Virus record (IMG/VR): IMGVR_UViG_3300029448_000020
Span: 1 to 64,000 of that record
DNA: 64,000 nt
Direction: 5' to 3' (one strand)
Source of the DNA: an uncultured virus (IMG/VR IMGVR_UViG_3300029448_000020)
Taxonomy: Duplodnaviria; Heunggongvirae; Uroviricota; Caudoviricetes; Crassvirales
Shown: positions 59,584-64,000 of the stretch, piece after piece
How the letters are laid out: each line of letters starts with the position of its first letter
Position numbering within the stretch: position 1 is the first letter of the stretch
Notes under the pieces: generated by a model
Database searches by the model: none
What the model saw: the letters and a program-made list of their open reading frames with translations, nothing else
Told to the model about the DNA's origin: nothing
Position numbers and translations under genes: made by a program

Positions 59584-59649
59584 GGTAGAAAGGCGGCTGT
59601 AGTCCTCTCCGAGTGATGACAATCAAGTGGTTCGAGTCCACAACTACCA
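59584..59649 (+). ncRNA. degenerate tRNA-like element
   Basis: GGTAG/CTACC acceptor-like stem, GTGG-TTCGAGT-CCAC T-arm; no canonical D or anticodon arm. Confidence 0.45.
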
Positions 59650-59651
59650 CT

Positions 59652-59912
59652 ATGAATATAGATAATATAATGAGAAATACGTTCGCTGTCGTGACTAATC
59701 GATGCGGAGTAGAAGATATTCTTGAATTGTATACAGGTGAAGATGCTATGTTTTATGGCAATCCACTCGATATGCAAGTAGAAGATATTGATGAAGTAAT
59801 AAACTACTTCGAAAATACCGAAGAATACGAGAATTGCCAACAGTTACTTGACGTTAAAAATGACAAAGTAGCAGAAGTTTTAACTAAAAAATTGATAAGA
59901 GATGAACTATAA
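59652..59912 (+). CDS. acidic early protein with UVR-like motif
   Basis: INYFENTEEYENCQQL; ATG directly after the tRNA-like element. Confidence 0.6.
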   Translation: MNIDNIMRNTFAVVTNRCGVEDILELYTGEDAMFYGNPLDMQVEDIDEVINYFENTEEYENCQQLLDVKNDKVAEVLTKKLIRDEL

Positions 59913-60002
59913 TATAAAAGATGAAGAATATAATCAAGAACAATTTGATTATTACAACAGTTACTTAGAAGATCAAGTGGATATTAATATAAATATGTAA
60001 GT

Positions 60003-60278
60003 ATGAATAAGAAATTATTATTTATAATAGGTTTTGCGGCAAGTTTAAACGCCGCTTGCCAAACCACCTCAACTAATAAAAAAGCTGATAGTTACCATAA
60101 ATGTATAGTAATGAAGTGTGGTAGTGAGATAGATAAGTGTAAAACAATCGCTGGAATTTTAACACCATTTTGTGATAAGCATATAGAAATGATAAGAAAC
60201 AACAAAGTTTTAGATGTGTGTAGTGGATGTTACAAGCGATATGTAGATAAATGTAAAGAATTAACATATGAGAAATAA
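60003..60278 (+). CDS. Cys-rich putative lipoprotein
   Basis: MNKKLLFIIGFAASLNAAC lipobox-like N-terminus. Confidence 0.55.
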   Translation: MNKKLLFIIGFAASLNAACQTTSTNKKADSYHKCIVMKCGSEIDKCKTIAGILTPFCDKHIEMIRNNKVLDVCSGCYKRYVDKCKELTYEK

Positions 60279-60555
60279 ATTAATAATAGCTAGTGTAGCT
60301 CTTGGTGGACTAGTAAATGCACAGTGTAATTACAAGTGTGGTTACAATCAAGACGAGAATGGTAATACTGTTCACCTTGAGCAATGTAATGAGTATAAAA
60401 AAATTAAAAAAGACAAATCTCTTGATTTAATTTATAATAGAAAAATACCTTTATACACAAAACCTAATGGACCTATAACTCCGTTAGTTAAATCAAAGTG
60501 GATGGAAAAACTAGTAATGACTTTGGAATATGGTGACACCAACATGGTCGAGTAG
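60268..60555 (+). CDS. exported early protein
   Basis: MRNKLIIASVALGGLVNA-Q signal peptide. Confidence 0.55.
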   Translation: MRNKLIIASVALGGLVNAQCNYKCGYNQDENGNTVHLEQCNEYKKIKKDKSLDLIYNRKIPLYTKPNGPITPLVKSKWMEKLVMTLEYGDTNMVE

Positions 60556-60619
60556 CTTAACTGGATAAAGCAACAGCCTTCTAAGCTGTAGAGTGTGAGT
60601 TCGACTCTCACCTCGATCA
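60546..60619 (+). tRNA. tRNA-Arg (anticodon TCT)
   Basis: GGTCGAG/CTCGATC acceptor, GCTT..AAGC D-arm, ACAGC-CT TCT AA-GCTGT anticodon arm, GTGAG-TTCGACT-CTCAC T-arm; CCA not encoded. Confidence 0.9.
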
Positions 60620-60656
60620 CAAATTAAATACGACAACTCGTAGATAATATAAATAT
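60619..60656 (+). promoter_or_regulatory. early element copy 5
   Basis: ACAAATTAAATACGA-caactcgt-AGATAATATAAATAT followed by ATG. Confidence 0.8.
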
Positions 60657-60869
60657 ATGAAATGTAAATGTAAAAAAAATATAATACCAAAAGGACGTTT
60701 GCGACTCGGTTTTAGAGTATGCGTTGAGTGTTCAACTGTCGAAAGATACGGTTGTGCTCCAGTCATTAACCATAAGACAGGCAACACTATTCAAATTATG
60801 TCGCAAGAAGACGCTAAACGCATAGCTAAACTGACTCGTAGACGTGGATATGGTACAATGCTTAAATAA
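60657..60869 (+). CDS. DksA/TraR-type C4 zinc-finger protein
   Basis: CKCKKNIIPKGRLRLGFRVCVEC resembles C..C...IP..RL......C..C. Confidence 0.6.
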   Translation: MKCKCKKNIIPKGRLRLGFRVCVECSTVERYGCAPVINHKTGNTIQIMSQEDAKRIAKLTRRRGYGTMLK

Positions 60870-60876
60870 TAAATAT

Positions 60877-61080
60877 ATGAATAGAATTAAAATACTTAAA
60901 AACGGGAACTTAGTAATGACTAAGTCAGATGTAGAAATAACTTATAGACCATACAAGGTTGGTGATTTACCAAAAGACTTTGGCTGTATAGAATATAAAA
61001 GACCAAGTGGCAAGCTAAGAGATGGTATTGACAACTGGTTCAAGTACAAAGGTTTAACTTACGTAGCTATTACAAAATAA
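60877..61080 (+). CDS. hypothetical early protein (likely start MNRIK)
   Basis: Stop codon lies inside element copy 6. Confidence 0.6.
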   Translation: MNRIKILKNGNLVMTKSDVEITYRPYKVGDLPKDFGCIEYKRPSGKLRDGIDNWFKYKGLTYVAITK

Positions 61081-61109
61081 ATACGACAAGTAACAGATAA
61101 TAATAATAT
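61072..61109 (+). promoter_or_regulatory. early element copy 6
   Basis: ACAAAATAAATACGA-caagtaac-AGATAATAATAATAT(G). Confidence 0.8.
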
Positions 61110-61227
61110 GAAAATACAACGAAAAGACATACAAACAAGAGATCCTTACTGGAAAGTAGCGTCATTCAAGCGTATTCATAAGAGTAAAAAGACTTATACT
61201 CGTAAAAATAAGCATAAAAATAAATAA
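61108..61227 (+). CDS. 39-aa basic peptide, ArfA-like C-terminus
   Basis: MKIQRKDIQTRDPYWKVASFKRIHKSKKTYTRKNKHKNK; translated by hand. Confidence 0.55.
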   Translation: MKIQRKDIQTRDPYWKVASFKRIHKSKKTYTRKNKHKNK

Positions 61228-61230
61228 TAT

Positions 61231-61815
61231 ATGACAAAAGTAAAAACAATGGAAGAAGCATACCGAGTATTTGAACTACTTGGTATTAAAGATGTCACGA
61301 AAAAGTGGCAAAAGAAACAAGGTACTGAAGTATTTGAGTTGCCATTTAAAACTATGTGCTACAACGGTCAAGCAGAAACTAATAGATTCTCGATCTACAA
61401 AAGTGGTTATATACGTAAAATGGTAGTTCATCCAACTAGTAATGCAAGTTATAGTTGCTATCAACTAAATAAAACTCGCAAATCTGATGAGTATTTCAAA
61501 GATTATGACTACGATGGCAAGTGGACAGGTAAATATCGTAAAAGCAACAGAACAGAGCGAATTATGATAGATACTCACAGAGATCGAGTAGTATATTTAT
61601 GTAATTACATACTAAAAAATTACTATAATAGTAATAAAATGAACTTAGTTGGCGAATATACTATGAAAAGAGTAGCAGAAGTACATGGCGAATGGTGGAG
61701 AAACGAAAGAAAACACGACGAGTGGCCATTTGAAGATGTAAAAAGAAACGATGTAGACTACGAACCTAAAGAAGTTCAAATAATAATTGACGGACACCGT
61801 TATAAAGTAATATAA
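61231..61815 (+). CDS. hypothetical early protein
   Basis: 194-aa ORF with AT-rich start. Confidence 0.65.
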   Translation: MTKVKTMEEAYRVFELLGIKDVTKKWQKKQGTEVFELPFKTMCYNGQAETNRFSIYKSGYIRKMVVHPTSNASYSCYQLNKTRKSDEYFKDYDYDGKWTGKYRKSNRTERIMIDTHRDRVVYLCNYILKNYYNSNKMNLVGEYTMKRVAEVHGEWWRNERKHDEWPFEDVKRNDVDYEPKEVQIIIDGHRYKVI

Positions 61816-61816
61816 A

Positions 61817-62068
61817 ATGATAGAAGAATTAAAAGATTTAGAACAAGAAGCGATGGATGAGTTAACGCCTGAAGACTATATGGCAATCACCTCTAATGTA
61901 ATGGACGACTATGATCGACCAATATACCAAAGTGGCTACATAGATGGCTTACAAACAGCTATAAGAATGCTTAGTAGTGATGATACTACCATGAGTTATA
62001 CAATGGAGATTGATGAGATGTTTGGTGAGGACTATGCTAAAGTAGATGAAGACGAAGACACAAAATAA
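61817..62068 (+). CDS. acidic hypothetical protein
   Basis: YQSGYIDGL motif; stop inside element copy 7. Confidence 0.6.
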   Translation: MIEELKDLEQEAMDELTPEDYMAITSNVMDDYDRPIYQSGYIDGLQTAIRMLSSDDTTMSYTMEIDEMFGEDYAKVDEDEDTK

Positions 62069-62097
62069 ATACGATTGCTTCAAGATAATAATAATAT
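62060..62097 (+). promoter_or_regulatory. early element copy 7
   Basis: ACAAAATAAATACGA-ttgcttca-AGATAATAATAATAT. Confidence 0.8.
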
Positions 62098-62111
62098 AAA
62101 AAATAAATAAT

Positions 62112-62312
62112 ATGCCAAATATGAGTTACTGTAGGTTTGAAAACACTACAATAGATATAGATGATTGCTTAGCTGCGATACAAGATTCTCACGAAGAATG
62201 TGCTGATTTAAGTAGACGTGAGGTGCAAGCTTTACAAAGATTACTAGAACAAGCAGAAGAAATAGTAGATTTATCGCATGATATTGAACAAATAATAGAA
62301 AAATATAACTAA
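62112..62312 (+). CDS. small phage protein MPNMSYCRFENT
   Basis: Helical ORF after element copy 7. Confidence 0.65.
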   Translation: MPNMSYCRFENTTIDIDDCLAAIQDSHEECADLSRREVQALQRLLEQAEEIVDLSHDIEQIIEKYN

Positions 62313-62326
62313 AAATAACTCAAAAA

Positions 62327-62731
62327 TGCGGGGCGAGGGACGTGTAGAACTTAAAGATGGGGTTAATCCGTTTGGACACCTCGGTTCATCTAACCTTCTT
62401 GCCGCAGTGACCTGACTATATCTATGTATAAAGATGAGGTTGGTCACACGTGAACTAGGTGGTTCAATGTAGGATAAAGCATTCAAGGGAGTGGGAGCGA
62501 AATCTCCAGTTAACTATAAACTACTCGGTCTTGATGGTACCACACCTACAGTTCACAACAGCTTGAAATGGACAAAACAGGGTGATACGCACCGCGTAAT
62601 TTGCCTGACGAGGTGGGAGGTTCGATTCCTCCCCAAGCTGCAAGATATGTGCCTAAATGTGAAATTCATAGCAAGGTCGCAAGTACCTGCAGAAGGCTTG
62701 TATGGATAGAGTTAAAGCCTCTATACATATC
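62327..62731 (+). ncRNA. structured non-coding RNA cluster of five abutting domains, one tRNA-like
   Basis: Closing stems TGCGG/CCGCA, GTGACC/GGTCAC, GTGAACT/AGTTCAC, CAGCTTG/CAAGCTG, GATATGT/ACATATC; GC content visibly higher than the flanks. Confidence 0.65.
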
Positions 62732-62769
62732 ACAAACTAAATACGAATAAAGTAAGATAATAAATACAT
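62732..62769 (+). promoter_or_regulatory. early element copy 8
   Basis: ACAAACTAAATACGA-ataaagta-AGATAATAAATACAT(G). Confidence 0.8.
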
Positions 62770-63001
62770 GAAAACAATATACGATAGACTCACACCAGAT
62801 ATTCTGGCGAGTATAAACAATGACGAACAAAGATATCCTTTTACAACTAAAGCTCTTAAAATAAAGCTTAAGTCTAGTGATGACTGGTCACAGTTATCTG
62901 TAGGTGATGTTCAATCAATAATAACACATTCTCATATAAGATTAATTGACGTAGATCAAGCAGATTTAATGTGGGGTGATAAATTTTTAATAAGTAAGTA
63001 A
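62768..63001 (+). CDS. hypothetical early protein
   Basis: ATG 6 nt after GATAAT of copy 8. Confidence 0.6.
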   Translation: MKTIYDRLTPDILASINNDEQRYPFTTKALKIKLKSSDDWSQLSVGDVQSIITHSHIRLIDVDQADLMWGDKFLISK

Positions 63002-63065
63002 TGATAATACCAAAAATACTAATATGCTATATAATTATTTTTATAATAGCTGTAAAATATAAAAA

Positions 63066-63278
63066 ATGAGTAAAAAATTAAAAGATGGAGTCTACAAGGC
63101 TCAAAATGGAAGTGATAAAATTATGTACTTTGTACACGATGAGTTAATTGTTATGCAGTGGAAACACGGAACATTCAAAACTAATACTAACTTTATGTTA
63201 GGTGCTAAATGGGTTGAATCATTACCAATGTCAAAAGGTGAATTTATAAAAGGTTATAATCAATTAAAATCGTGGTAA
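63066..63278 (+). CDS. hypothetical early protein
   Basis: Operon fit. Confidence 0.55.
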   Translation: MSKKLKDGVYKAQNGSDKIMYFVHDELIVMQWKHGTFKTNTNFMLGAKWVESLPMSKGEFIKGYNQLKSW

Positions 63279-63279
63279 A

Positions 63280-63696
63280 ATGGCAACAAGAGCAAAAATA
63301 CATATAGCTAGGCGTGAAGAAGGAGTATCGTTTAGTGACATACCGGAGAAAGTTATGGTAAGTATTTATAATCATTGGGATGGTTACCCTGAAGGATTAG
63401 GTGTGAAATTAGCCTCTTATCTTGATGATTTTGTAATAACAAATGGCTTAAGTAGAGACAATGAGTATGTCTTCAATGGATTAGGCTGCATGGCGGCTTC
63501 AATTATAGAACATTTAAAAGATGGTCCAGGAAACGTGTATATAGAAGATCCAGAACGTCCTCACACTTGGATAGATTATGATTATTACGTATGGGGTGAT
63601 GACCATAAAGATATATGGATTAGTATATTTGATGGATCTGAGTGTATATTTGTAGGAAAACCAAAAGCTTTATTAAGTAAATACTACACAAACTAA
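63280..63696 (+). CDS. phage protein with Y.HWDGYP motif
   Basis: MATRA..SIYNHWDGYPEGLG..IDYDYY; stop inside element copy 9. Confidence 0.7.
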   Translation: MATRAKIHIARREEGVSFSDIPEKVMVSIYNHWDGYPEGLGVKLASYLDDFVITNGLSRDNEYVFNGLGCMAASIIEHLKDGPGNVYIEDPERPHTWIDYDYYVWGDDHKDIWISIFDGSECIFVGKPKALLSKYYTN

Positions 63697-63725
63697 ATAC
63701 GACGACCTATGGATAATATAAAAGA
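63688..63725 (+). promoter_or_regulatory. early element copy 9
   Basis: ACAAACTAAATACGA-cgacctat-GGATAATATAAAAGA. Confidence 0.75.
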
Positions 63726-63875
63726 TGAAAATTTAAAACGATTAGGCAGATTTATAGCTGAAGGATTAATGGATTTAGCAAAATACACAGACAAAGAAAA
63801 CTGGATGGAAGAGAATATGAGAGACCATATGATCGGTGAGTTAGCACGCTGTGTCACATTGCAAAATTTATATCT
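63709..63875 (+). CDS. hypothetical early protein, cut by an assembly gap
   Basis: ORF runs into the N-run at 63876; start uncertain. Confidence 0.45.
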
Positions 63876-64000
63876 NNNNNNNNNNAGTTTGAGAAATGTG
63901 CTATAATGAAAATAAGAATAATGGAATTAACAGATAAATTAGATTTAGAAATTGATTCCGATTTAACAAATTTAGATAAAGATGATGAGGAATAAACCAA

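Noticed and set aside
59613..59651. GTG-started N-terminal extension of ORF 59613-59912
   Set aside because: Overlaps the T-arm of the tRNA-like element; ATG 59652 is the more plausible start
62271..62709. ORFs 62271-62486 (-) and 62491-62709 (+)
   Set aside because: Weak starts without the AT-rich leader, atypical composition, and overlap with strongly base-paired tRNA-like structure
58233..63725. Early repeats as a CRISPR array or classical integron
   Set aside because: Spacing is irregular (70 bp to 1.6 kb) with whole genes between copies; no cas or integrase gene and no attC-like palindromes
1..64000. Stop-codon reassignment as in some crAss-like phages
   Set aside because: Standard code gives dense, full-length genes on the coding strands, and no suppressor tRNA was seen

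Overview
The window is a 64-kb piece of an AT-rich, probably lytic dsDNA tailed-phage genome. The host is most likely a Bacteroidota (flavobacteria-like) bacterium, inferred from SD-less AT-rich starts, signal peptides cleaved before Gln, a T9SS-CTD-like tail and an SSB ending in DLPF. There are three blocks. (1) 1-7097 (+), replication and nucleotide metabolism: exonuclease, SSB, primase-helicase, a T4-gp42-like dCMP hydroxymethylase-type enzyme, MazG-like proteins, class II RNR and an Hc1-like protein. (2) 7132-58004 (-), late and virion genes: GroEL/GroES, terminases, portal, scaffold, major capsid, podovirus-type tail, ejection proteins including a 2963-aa polyvalent protein, and envelope/lysis genes. 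(3) 58233-end (+), an early region of small ORFs, tRNA-Arg and structured RNAs. The most notable signals are: nine copies of a 15-8-15 bp element (ACAAACTAAATACGA-N8-AGATAAT) that punctuate the early genes at precise boundaries; a sigma70-region-2-like segment inside the giant, probably injected protein, next to a zincin motif, suggesting a virion-delivered sigma factor for these elements; about 16 unrelated late proteins sharing an N-terminal MA(F/Y)K(M/Q)KG(W/F/Y)(S/T)PF-type tag; and a 400-nt cluster of five abutting RNA domains that includes a tRNA mimic. All family calls come from motif recognition by eye, not from database searches.
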